64,000 nucleotides of DNA, taken from positions 496,001 to 560,000 of the forward strand of contig JALDZX010000002.1 in assembly GCA_022813865.1 (NCBI GenBank), written 5' to 3'. Positions 40,130 to 51,067 of this stretch are shown here, piece after piece. The DNA comes from Xylographa opegraphella (Eukaryota). Within the stretch, counting starts at the first letter, position 1. Every line of letters starts with the position of its first letter. The position numbers and the translations under genes are program-made. The notes under the pieces were generated by a model. It saw only the letters and a program-made list of their open reading frames with translations. It did no database searches and was not told the DNA's origin.

Positions 40130-41426
40130 TCAATACTTGTAGCACAGCAGCGACGTCTCCGTCGACATGATGTCTCCGACCTTTCGCTCCAAGCCGAGGC
40201 CGTACAGCCTCAGTGGATCTTCCAACGACACGGTCGTCGTATCTTTTAACAAACCCTCCTGCGGCTCCCGAGCGGCGCTATCATAATCTCGCAGCCGAGC
40301 AGCCGGCTCCCGGTGCTGCCACTTCCACCACAGCCTGTCGATCTGCGCGTGGTGCACGAAGAAAATCGGGTCTTTGAAAGAAAGCCTGTCAGTGAGAGTC
40401 ACCATCCGGAAGTAAGGCGGCAAAGGGCACGAACCGTTCGTCGACCACGGCGTCGGCATCTCGCCGCCGATGCCACGATGTATCCATCTGTGGGGGCCCA
40501 GCTCTAGGCCGCTGCGGAACTCGTGATATGTTCTTGCGCCGGCGATCAATCCCTCCACAATCGGGGCCGTGTAGTTTCTACCGTGCATGCCTTCGCGTGC
40601 GAAGTTCCGACGCAAGCAGTGAGGCGTGGGGTATTGGGGTGCCATGTGAGCGAGCGGTCCTCGTTCCACGCACTGCTCCGAAGAGCTCCCGTTGCCGCTG
40701 AACCCTAGCTCATCTGACCATATTGGCGAACTCTCCGGATCAGCCGCGTCCAGAGTCCAGTCCCAGTACCTATACATTTCAGCACAAATCCTTGCTTTGC
40801 TCGGCCGACTCGGCGCGGGAATGGTGTCTCACGCCAGGTAACCCTTGTATCCACACTCATTTCGCAAGGCGTTCTCGTACTGCTGGATGTAATAGCGGTG
40901 CCAAGGCAAAGAGACAGGCACGTTGTGTGCTTGATATCATAAGTTTTGAGTTTTGAGAGGAGGAGAGCCCGGACCTACTGGTGTTGAACATTTGCAAATG
41001 AGAATACACGAAGTCGTCGTATCGAGTGGTGTTGAGCCCCATGCGGGAAGGGCTGTTCGAGAGACACCGAACGGCAGCAATGTAGCTCCGTCTGGCTTCA
41101 AACGGCAGCATTCGCCACTCCTGGCGCAGGGCTGGGTTGCGACCTTGGTTGATCATCAGCTTTTCCCGGTCAGGACTGCCTGGAGTGGCTTCCGGAGAGG
41201 GCTCACAGTCGGTTTTACTCGCCTGGGAGGAGAGAGCGGCATTGATCGTGCTCACAAGCAGCACAAACAATATCGCTGCCGCAGTGCAAACGGCAACGTA
41301 AATCAGAACGCCTGGAGACCGCACATTCGAAGACCGGAGGGCTTTGGCTTCATAACCCTTCTTCAGGAGAAACTCGTAACCCGTGGAGGCCGGGTCCTCG
41401 TCCGAGAGGCTCTCTTCATCTTTCAT
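40130..41426 (-). CDS. Membrane-anchored tyrosinase (UstQ/PhomQ-like), 4 exons
   Basis: N-terminal TM helix, LRQEWRML...YIAAVRCL. Spliced CuA site H-LQMFNTT-H-NVPVSLPW-H-R, ECGY...YWDW. CuB site GPHRWIH...DPIFFVHHAQIDRLWWKWQ. Confidence 0.9.
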
Positions 41427-42429
41427 GGCGACCGGCAATAACGTGGCTTTGCGATGATATCAAAGTCGGGAAGCAAGAAGCGGAAAGAAATCGCTAGACA
41501 CACGGGGCAGATTGCTCTAATTGTTCCATCACAGAATAACAAAACGCTTTTGCACACAAATGCTCCATCATACCCTAGCCAAAATTTGGAACCATTGGAC
41601 TCGATAGTTGTCTGCGGATGTGCAGACGATAGGCCTGGCGCCTTCTACGAGAATACCGAGGAATGCATCGCATAGGTTGTTTTCCAAGCAGGTCGGAAAG
41701 GAGCACAGGTAACGGCATGGGCGATGGATAACGAGTCCGAAGTTCGGTATTCCTGAGGTAGGACAAGGCTTCGGATGGGTGGGTTATTTGCGATCAACCT
41801 TGGCAGAAAGTCACGTGAGTATGTTGTCAGCGACTGGCTCAAGACCACACTTGAACGCAGCCTTGATGCCTTTGGACCACAACGCTATTTTAGGTTGTTT
41901 GACTGCAGTTGAGGTGATTATGTCAAATCGATAGGGGTTCGCGCCATAGCCAGCAGTGCCTTTGCCGTTTAAAATGTCTTGAATGATTTATCGGGATCTT
42001 GTATGCATTGGAATACATATTTGAGTGGTTACTTAAGTACTTGCAAGACAATTCGCAACGTGATTGGATGTAAAGACTAGCGGAAACACTACTATGCTAC
42101 TCGTCTCTCTCGTAATATCGATACGCATTCCGATGCAATACGGGTGAGCAAGCAAGAATCAATGACCCATCATATTGTATGCAAGAGTAAAGTATGAGTT
42201 CATTCAATCGCATGGGAATGACTGTACTTTCCACAAGCTACACGAAATCCCATACTGAAAGAGCGAATGATACATTTTGCTGAGCCCCTTATCAACCTTT
42301 GCACATATCAGAAGCCAGGAGTCATTCTCAACACCTCTCCATACAGTCTCGCCCAGTGACTTGATAGTACTCGCAATCCTTCCATGGTCCTCCATTTCCT
42401 TTTCGAGGTCATGCTCGTGCTAGCTTCCC

Positions 42430-42957
42430 TCAAACGACTGGGCTGAGGACTACATACTGTTAGCTAGGAGATTCCTTACGCTTTTTGCCTGGAGGTCCAT
42501 CCTTACCTGGCTCTTCAACCACACGCTTGGAATTAGGGGACTCAACATCGCGTTTGTAGTATGGGGATTCAACCTCACGCTTGTAGTTTGGAGACTCCAC
42601 ATCGCGCTTGTAATATGGGGACTCAACCTCACGCTTGTAGTTTGGAGACTCCGCATCGCGCTTGTAGTATGGGGATTCAACCTCACGCTTGTAGTTTGGA
42701 GACTCCACATCGCGCTTGTAGTACGGGGACTCGACCTCACGCTTGTAGTTAGGGGACTCAACATCGCGTTTGTAGTTAGGGGACTCGACATCGCGTTTGT
42801 AGTTAGGGGACTCGACATCGCGTTTGTAGTAGGGGGACTCCACGTCACGCTTGTAGTACGGGGACTCGACCTCACGCTTTTCGTCAAGGGATGGCGTGGG
42901 GAGGCCCAGGACCGTGACTGCGCCAACAAGGGCGGTGAAGAAAACGGAGTAACGCAT
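42430..42957 (-). CDS. Kex2-processed repeat protein / dikaritin RiPP precursor (signal peptide + 13 x [DE]-[VA]-ESP-[YN]-[YS]-KR)
   Basis: ATG at 42957, MRYSVFFTALVGAVTVLG signal peptide, LDEKR, then 13 nine-residue KR-terminated repeats. Probable 57-nt intron 42450-42506 (GTAAGG...GCTAAC...TAG) gives the end VVEEPVLSPVV*. Unspliced, it stops at 42460. Confidence 0.9.
42523..42873 (-). repeat. 27-bp coding tandem repeat x13 with a 54-bp higher-order unit
   Basis: Units: EVESPYYKR, DVESPYYKR, 3x DVESPNYKR, then alternating EVESPYYKR / D(V/A)ESPNYKR, last DVESPNSKR. Confidence 0.95.
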
Positions 42958-43273
42958 GATGATAGATATTGAAGATCTAAAGTCTCTGAAGAAAGTGAAC
43001 GAGATTGAAGATGTAGTGGGCGACCTGGCTGGAATCTGATAGTATGACGGAAGCAGTGCTTGGGATTCAATGACCAAGGGAATATCTCCAAGCTTTTATC
43101 CTCAAGCCAGCTTCACGACCTCTGACGTAGCAGTAGTCGCTCTTCGATATCAGCGCTCCTTCCATCGGTGGATTTCTAGGGGTTTCGGATTGGAGCCGAC
43201 TCAGGATAATTCGTCACGTCATGTCGAAGACATCGAAAGCCACGATGAGTACTCAAAATGGATAAGATCGCCC

Positions 43274-43405
43274 CGGAATTGGATTTGCGGCTGCTCGGTA
43301 AATGTATAAATTCATCCGAGCATGCGACGAGTGGCTAACAGACACAGAACCTCTCATAGTAGGGTAAAAGCTGCTTCGGAATTGGAACTGCGGCTAATCG
43401 GAAAA
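43274..43405. promoter_or_regulatory. Duplicated CGG-triplet motif in the precursor/DUF3328 divergent promoter (candidate Zn2Cys6 sites)
   Basis: cggaattggatttgcggctgctcggtaaa (43274-43302) vs cggaattggaactgcggctaatcggaaaa (43377-43405): 24/29 identical, with all three CGG triplets conserved. Confidence 0.5.
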
Positions 43406-43635
43406 GTGTAAAGGCCAAGATTGAAGTGCAGGTAACTGCTATCCGAATCGGAAGGTATTCGGAGATATAACGGGTGACTTGGATATAAGCTAAACGCCGG
43501 CTAGGAAGCAAAGGACAAAACATAATCAGTGCGGCTTTGTCTTTACACTTTGCCTTGTATCTTTATTTTCTCGTTATTTCATATCCTACCTGACTTCAGT
43601 ACGCTGAAATTGGCTGTCAAAGCAAGACGGTGAAT

Positions 43636-44392
43636 ATGGGGTCCTCAACGCCGTTTACACCATGCCGAATAAGCACAGCTTTCTTCTTTTGCTTTGTCGG
43701 CATGATGTTTGTCTTTCAAAGTCAGATAAGAGATGCCGTCAGATCAATGCACCACGAAACCTGCGAAAGGACAGATTATATTCACGATCAGCGATACGGC
43801 CCGAGGACCTTCCCAGAGGTGTCTCCTCTGGAGAGTCTTGGACCCGAGGGGGACGAAGCCTGGGATAGACTTACCACCAGCAGTGGTGGCTTCCTCTGGC
43901 TACAGTACAACGAGACATACGATATCCCCTGGGGGATTTCTATGTTTCATGGCACACATTGCCTGCAGATGCTGCGTCAAGAGTTTCAATCACAGCTTGG
44001 AATTAGTAATGGGGGAGGCCATCACCACCAAAAGCGCAATATTGCCACGAAGCATGACGGGCATAGCAGTGGCCCGGACATTGTGCACCTAGGGCATTGC
44101 CTAGCATACGTTGTCCAGGTAAGTCACCGAGCAAACACCTAGCATTGCTGATCAAGACCAGATGCTCCAATGTACCGGAGACAACACAATCGAACGCCCA
44201 TGGATCAAATTAGATGAGCTCACGGGCGATCTCATTGACCACGGCGTTGACGGTGCAGGTATACAACACCAGTGCCGCGACGTCAATCACATCTGGGCAG
44301 CGGCGGAAGCGACGGAGAGAAAGGCCGCCCCAATGTGGGACCACAAGCCTGGAGATACAGTTGAAATGGTCTTTGGGGATCTTAGAGTGTAG
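43636..44392 (+). CDS. DUF3328 / UstYa-family oxidase #1 (2 exons)
   Basis: N-terminal TM helix, DEAWDRL, SMFHGTHCLQMLR and HLGHCLAYVVQ|MLQCTGDNTIE (two HxxHC motifs), HQCRD. Intron 44119-44161. Confidence 0.9.
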
Positions 44393-44803
44393 ACGCAGGT
44401 AAAGGAAGGCAGTATGGCTTCATAATGTAAGAATAGATAGCCAGAATGACGTCCAGTGGAATCATGGAGAACGGGTGATGCTGCTTCGTATTACTCATTG
44501 AAGGCATAATCTGATCTGTGCATAACCAGGACGTGAGCTCAGAGTGGTCAAGTGCAAAGCTGCGAAATGATGTGGAAAATCGTGAAAAGCCTGTAACTTC
44601 AGCCTGGACGTTGGATTTATGCCAAGCTTTGTGCACACGCTAAAAGGTCGGTTATCTCCGGAGCCAGGAATCCGTGCTGTGGTCGACCGTTCAACACAAT
44701 TCCGAAGAAATTCCCGCATGTTTCATAGATATGGTCCGTCCAGTATCCGCGTTCAGTTGCGCCCAAAACGCTGCAAACACATATCTTGCTGTGAAAAATA
44801 GAG

Positions 44804-46455
44804 ATGGCATCCGACGGAAATGGCAGTCGAGGCTTCCACCAGCAGCGACATAATTCTGGTGAAGAAGAAGTTCTTCTTCTCCAGGCAGATGCAGATGCCG
44901 AATCTCTGGCTTCAGATACACCGTCGACCCTCATCCCGGAGACCCTAGTCTCCACCAAATGGATCACTTTACTCCTTGTCGGCATTCTTGCTCTTTTCTT
45001 TGAGACGGGCAACGCCATGCGCGCGGCAGCACTCATCGCCAGCTATGAGGATATTATTTGCCACAGCCGCGCCGAGATCCGTGCTACGCCCGTGATGCAG
45101 TGCTCGAAGAACCATGAAGTCGAAAGGGAATTAGCGTTGATCTTGGGTGTGTCGCAGTTTCTCGAATGCCTACCGATACTGCTACTGTCGGGCTTTTATG
45201 GTAGCATGGCAGACAAATATGGCAGGCGACCGATCCTTCAACTTGGCTATCTCGGCATGATCCTAAGCTCGACGTGGGTAACCGGTGTCGCCTGGCTGGC
45301 TCCCGCTGTCCCGCTCCGCCTTGTCTGGCTGAGCCCTATCTTCACCGTCGTTGGTGGTGGGCCTGGCGTATCGATCTCCATTCTCATGACAAGTGCAGCC
45401 GACGTCGTTCTGCCGAGTGAAAGGGTCACCATTTACTCTTACATCCATGGCACCGCTCTGGTCGCGGTCATGCTGGGGTCTTTGCTCAGCTCTTTAATGA
45501 TGACATCGCTGGGGAATTTATCACCGCTATTGACGGGACTGGCGCTGATGTGTCTAGCGTTAGCATCGGGTTTCTTCCTGCCCAGTCAAAGAAATACTAC
45601 CAAGTCCTTCACTACGGCATCCGATAGTGATTTTTATCTGAAGCCCTCGGACGATTCGGATGCATCTTCGCCAGTGCAGGCACAGGGAGGTCGAAACTTT
45701 TCGGTGCGAGCACTGAGCCAGTCTTTCCAGAACCTCTGGAGAATCAAAGGCGTCATACCATTGCTGATCGCAGGCTTTGTGTCTATGCTGGGTCAACAGG
45801 TACAGATCTTGGTTCTCCAGTATGTGCCGAATAGGTTTGACGTAAGCATTGCCAAGGTAAGTATTTCCAATATCGCTTCGTGCAATTCTCCATTAACATA
45901 CCCCGTTCTTACTCTAGGCAAATATGTTCAACATTCTGATCTCAGGGGTCAATCTCCTCATATTGTTTGCACTGCTACCTTTAGCGGGTGTACTAATCTC
46001 GCGCCACCTTGGCTATACCACCTTCGTCAAAGACCTAGTACTTGCTCATGCCAGCAATCTCTTGTTTCTTACAGGAGCACTCGTCTTGAGTATGGCGCCA
46101 GTGCTGCCCATAGCATTTATCGGTAGGCTACGACCCAAGCGTATCCTCTTGCCTTGACTTTACCGTGCTCATGAATACAGGTTTTATTATATTTGGCGCA
46201 GGCATTGGCCTAAGTAGTCTTCTACGGTCCATCTTCGTCGAGCTCTTCCCACCAGAGCGCGCGGCATACGCGACCACGGTGATTTCTGCTGTAAAGAGTG
46301 TGGGGGGGAGCTTCTCAGGGCCCATGTACTCCTCCGCACTTGCACTAAGTCTAGGCTTGGAAGGCTTTCTCCAGGGCCTCCCATTCCTAGTCTCTGCTGC
46401 TAGTTTTGCGATCGTGGAGCTCGTGTTGATCACTGTGAGATTCACATATAAATAA
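44804..46455 (+). CDS. MFS transporter (UstT-like), 3 exons
   Basis: Multiple TM helices, MFS motif A GSMADKYGRRPIL, FTVVGGG, ADVVLPSERV, second half RSIFVELFPPE...GPMYS. Confidence 0.88.
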
Positions 46456-46759
46456 ATGCAATCTAGACACGTTTGTAACAGCTGCAATACGGAATATAAT
46501 GTCTCATTCATATACTCGACCCCCTGCGTGCTTCGAGTTAGCCTCTGTGAATGGTCCCACATGTTCGCCAATCTACCACGCTCTGGGATTGCTTTTCGAC
46601 TTTCTAGAAATATCACCTTAATGCCCAATAAATCACAAGATACACCGAATCACTCTGTTGAGTTTACTACCAGAACAAGCTCAAAGAATTTTTATCTGCA
46701 CGATATGATAACCGACCACGTTTAGCTGTCATTCAGCGCGCAACGCATAGCCTTGCTAC

Positions 46760-49474
46760 TCAAGTCAAAGATGGCTTGCCGGGGAGACATTGTGCCGGAC
46801 AAAATTGCTGCGCGATTCCACTCAATTCAACGACCTCAGCCAGTGGAACCACGAAGCCAATCGATAACCTGCCAAAAAGTCCACAGGCGATTGCAAGATA
46901 CGAGATTTCGTCATCATTTGACCACTTGAGAACGACCGCCAGGAAGATTATCCGGACAGCGATAAGGAGGGGGTAGACTAGCGTTCTGAATGCAAGTATC
47001 AGCTCATTCGAAAAGCTGCGATATGCGAGGAACGCCAGGGTACTTGCCTGTTGACCAGAAAGTCCGGTACGCGCACATTTTCATAGCTCTCGAGGATCAT
47101 CTTAGCCGTACTCACACAGCGCTTGCAGGCCTGGCTGCGTTGCTGGTCCGGGGCCTTGGAAAAGGTACTCGGTGGGTACAGCCAGCGGCTGTCCAGCGCC
47201 AGCAGCACCTCGTAGTACTGCAAGTGTAGCTGAAGGAATAGGCGGCGTTCGTGGCCGCGCTCGCGTGCCGGGATACCGCGGCTCCACAGGTGGGGGGGGA
47301 GCTGCGAAACCCACGCGTCTACTTGCTGGTGTAGGAACTCCGTCGCTGTATCTAGCGTGGCTAATGGTGTTGAGACCACGTTTGGACTGTAAAGAGCCTT
47401 TCGGGTCAGCGAGCATAGCTTGGCGTACTGGACTTGCAGCAACAAGTAATCCGTGCGGTCGGCGGCGCGTGAGTTGCTTGCGCTCAGGCACTCCGGAACG
47501 TCGAACTCGATTCTTCCTTCATCGAGGGCCTTGTAAGTCAATCAATCAATCAATCGAAGACCCGAATTGATACAACGGGGTCAAACATACGAATGGCAAG
47601 CCCCATCGCTGACAGAAAGGTTGTGCGAGCGTGTATAAATACCACAACGTTCGCTTGGCGTAAGTTTTCTCCTCGGGGCACAACGAGAGAGCGTCGACTC
47701 CAGCTTTCTGAAATAAACGAAGGCTATAGGCGCAGGAAAGTGCGTTTGTTATTAGTATGGAACAACACCGGAAAAGCGAAAGTTGTTGCATATATAGACT
47801 GTATTAATTAATTACCTGCTGTGTAAATTTGACCCTGAATTGAACACATACCACGACGATTAGTGACTGTGAGATGGTAAGCTGAACTCCGCAGTTAACC
47901 GCAGAACATGTTACTCACTTGAAGTTTCAGAAGCGTATCTTTAGCAAGGAGGACGCCGGTCAACGCAACAAGCGATAGACGAAAGAACGATTCAGAGTTG
48001 TTTTTCTGCCCTTGCGTTTCGTTACGCAAATGGAAGCTAATGGCTATAGCCGAATATACAAGGGCTTTTTTCACGGACGAGTTCGACTTGTTTCTCAATA
48101 CAGATTGAAGCATCTCCTTGAGCCTATCCAGACTTATAAAATTTCTGACCCTAAGCAACAGTCACCTACTGCTCTTTCGCTTATTTTATATATATATTTA
48201 CCCTGTCAGGTCGTTATAGCATTCTGTGATTCCACCAGTAAGTTATTACTCGTATCAAAGATTTTGGTTGAATCTTACCATTAAGGAGCTCATCAAGAAT
48301 AATCGGACTGTACAATTGAAGAGTAGAAGTTTCTAACTCTGTCATATCACAGTCAACGAGGTCGTATTGAGTTGGTTCGAGTCCTTGAAAAGAAGCCGAT
48401 GCCATGCCGTCCGTTGATAGAACGCTTGCTTCGCATTGGGCCCAAGAAAACGCCGATCTGATAGAATGATAAACCGTGCTTTCAAGTACTATTCACCGAC
48501 TTAGCTGATTCGTTCCGAAGCGTGGAAGCTCGATAAGTACGAACCGGTATCAAGTGAAGATGGTATCTATCTCTCTCAAATTCGCTTAACAACAGAGTTT
48601 CATGCTGTCAAATGGAAATACGTACCTGCAACCAGCCACGATCCGAGCTCGACTCCGAATCGACCTCTGGCCCATGCTGCAAAACCTCATCTTGTGATGA
48701 GGGGAAGTGGGACTGCGTTAGAGGTGTATGTAGTCCCTCGGACGATGCATCGAGAAGATCAGTTGAGAAGAGACTAGTAAGAGAATTTCTCGGCAAAGAG
48801 ATGGCATCCTCACCGAAGCCATTAAAGACAACGGTCGGGGCAAGGTTGTTTGAAATTTGGTTCTCGTGAGACCTGATCAGGCTCATAGGACTGCTTGGTA
48901 ATAAATCCATATCGATGTCGGCTAAACCAGGGCTTTGAAGGTCGAAAGTATCCCATAATAAACTGGTTATCGAGTTATCGAGGTCGAACTGATGACTCTT
49001 ATCTGAGAGAAGAGAAGTTTGCAAGGAGGGTAATTCTTTGCGAGTTGATGGTTGTTCAGTATTTATCGAATTCCTCTGCCGCTCGGAGGACAATTTTCGA
49101 GAAGATCTCCCCGAGTCGAAGCTTGAGCGAGCAAAGCGAGCTTGTTGATATATACAATCCTTTTTCAGTCTCTGCCGAGTCGATATCAAAGTCGTATCTC
49201 ATCGACGTGTGGGGGATTAACGTACGTAGCATGGATCGCATGGCCTTGCTCCGTCGCCTATAGTGCAAACGTTAGCTCAATGCTGGTATGATTGCATAGT
49301 CGACATCAACTCACATCGCACCTTCCTCGACTTGCAAGACTCGCAAGCGCCACGACGTCGAGTTAATATCTGTTTCGAGCCATCGGTGCCAGGGGAACAG
49401 GAGCCTGTTGCCGGCAAGAAATCCTTCGGCTGCGACCTGGTATGAAAGGAGGGAGAGTGTGAAACGGAGTCCAT
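46760..49474 (-). CDS. Zn(II)2Cys6 transcription factor with fungal-specific TF domain, multi-exon
   Basis: Splicing gives RRRGACESCKSRKVRC|DGARPCDPCY|RLKKDCIY (C-x2-C-x6-C-x5-C-x2-C-x6-C). Downstream AKRTLWYLY...WGLP and QVDAWVSQLP...LHLQYY. Stop TGA at 46760-46762. Internal exons approximate. Confidence 0.8.
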
Positions 49475-50106
49475 ATCAAGAATAGGGTAAGGCACAACAA
49501 CCATTCGAAGGTGAAGTGATATACTCGTCATCTTCTGACAGACGTCGTTGCCACGACTGTTGTTATGATTACAAAATAAGCGAGAGTAGCATATATGCAG
49601 AACAAGTATGGCATTTTACCATGTTCGACCGTTCTCGTAAGCGGGGTGTTTAGCATCAGAGATCGGGCCGACAGAGCGACTTTATAATGCTGATAGAATA
49701 CTAAAAGTATGAACAAATAACAGCAGTCATGGTATGCAGTACAGGTGACATAACAACAAAGATCAGGCCTATTCAATGAATTGATTGCGATTATAGTAAG
49801 ACAAAGCCAAGGCTTGAGTGAATGTTTAAATTCTACTCTCGATTGAAAATAAAGATGGTTATAAAGAGTACCTTGATCGAGTATCCGAACAATATAGAGA
49901 ACCGATGATTATTGTTTCGAAACTCGGAAACGCACATTAAACACCCGCTGCGGCCTGTTCCGCCCACTAAAAATAAGCGTTGAATTTAAATTATCCGATG
50001 AAAGGTACGATGCGTACTGAAGCGCAGTGGTCATTCTAGCAGAATATATGGGTAAACAAGTGTGTTGTATTAGCTATGAACAACTACGAGACTATATGCT
50101 CGCGCA

Positions 50107-50476
50107 CTAGCGTCACCGGGCCTACGGCGGCCCGATCTCTCGCTTAGCAGCTCTCGCTATCCTGCAGGCAGGCCGGGACTCTATTTCTAACAGTTCGTTT
50201 TATATATTAAATTAAACGTTGATAAATATAAACTTGCAGTTTATAATTATAACAAATTTTTAAAATTTTGATTTCGATTTCGATTTAAATTTTATTTTTT
50301 ACATTAATAATTCTTTTACTTTCGAGAGAAGTTTCAGGTCCATGAAGCATAACATTCGATACGGTAATGTATTTCCTTAATTTCAGCACTAGGATCCCTT
50401 GGAGTGTGACGGCTATGACATCAGTCACAGGTAACAGGGGTCGGGCTGGATCAGGACTAGCACCTTTAGTATATAG
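50107..50476 (-). mobile_element. Probable non-autonomous Helitron-like element (~370 bp, AT-rich core)
   Basis: On the minus strand it ends with the hairpin CGGGCC-gccgta-GGCCCG (50117-50134), 6 nt, then CTAG followed by T. It begins ctatatactaaag. The interior is very AT-rich. Confidence 0.5.
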
Positions 50477-50500
50477 TCTCGCCCATGGAGCAGCCTCACC

Positions 50501-50519
50501 NNNNNNNNNNNNNNNNNNN
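50501..50519. other. Assembly gap (19 N)
   Basis: Run of n in the sequence. Confidence 1.
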
Positions 50520-51067
50520 GGTTGAAATCGTCCACCTAAAGCTTACGTTCTAGGCGTGCTTGTGTGGTGAGTTGATGAGCCGTAACATGGAGTAAGGTGT
50601 AATCGATTGCAACTGTTTAATCTTTCGTGTGATGGCGCTAGAGCAATGTTTTCCCGGCTTACCTCCCTCCTCCCTGGAATGATCCCGCCACGATCCTTCT
50701 CGGAATTCAATACTGTTCTTGCTTCCTGTCATGCATATTATGCCTATCATGCCTAGGAGAAGTAGGTAGCAGAGAATTTTTCTTATCTCGCTGTCGTGTT
50801 GCTGGCAATATGCATCCCCATTCTGCTGTCGTCATTCCCATACGGAGTGCGGATCCCGACGCGGTGCATGCGCACTAGCGACGTTTTTGTTCGTAAAGTA
50901 TTGTTTGCCACTTCCTCTGCAACCGTGAGTGCTAAAGCTGATCTACGGGGCAAAACAGTGTCTTTGCATCCTACGGACCCACGGAACACCTGCCAGCAGC
51001 GCCTTGAATTCCTGATCTCGAAAGGGAAAGGAATCTGCTCCTCAGGTCTGTAGCAGTCATTGTTATC

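Noticed and set aside
42523..42873. CRISPR array or telomeric repeat (ttagggg-containing units)
   Set aside because: Units are contiguous 27-mers with no unique spacers and they code in frame for KR-delimited peptides in a eukaryotic gene.
42430..42957. Alpha-factor-like mating pheromone precursor
   Set aside because: The repeats lack the Trp/Cys (WC..GQPCW-like) signature of Pezizomycotina alpha pheromones, and the neighbours are DUF3328 and tyrosinase genes.
42958..43077. 40-aa N-terminal extension of the precursor in the ORF track
   Set aside because: It begins at a non-ATG codon. The ATG at 42957 directly precedes a clean signal peptide.
42450..43091. 213-aa ORF with SPLTTNAM repeats, and the + strand ORF 42561-42752
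   Set aside because: Shadow frames of the precursor repeat, with no signal peptide or processing sites.
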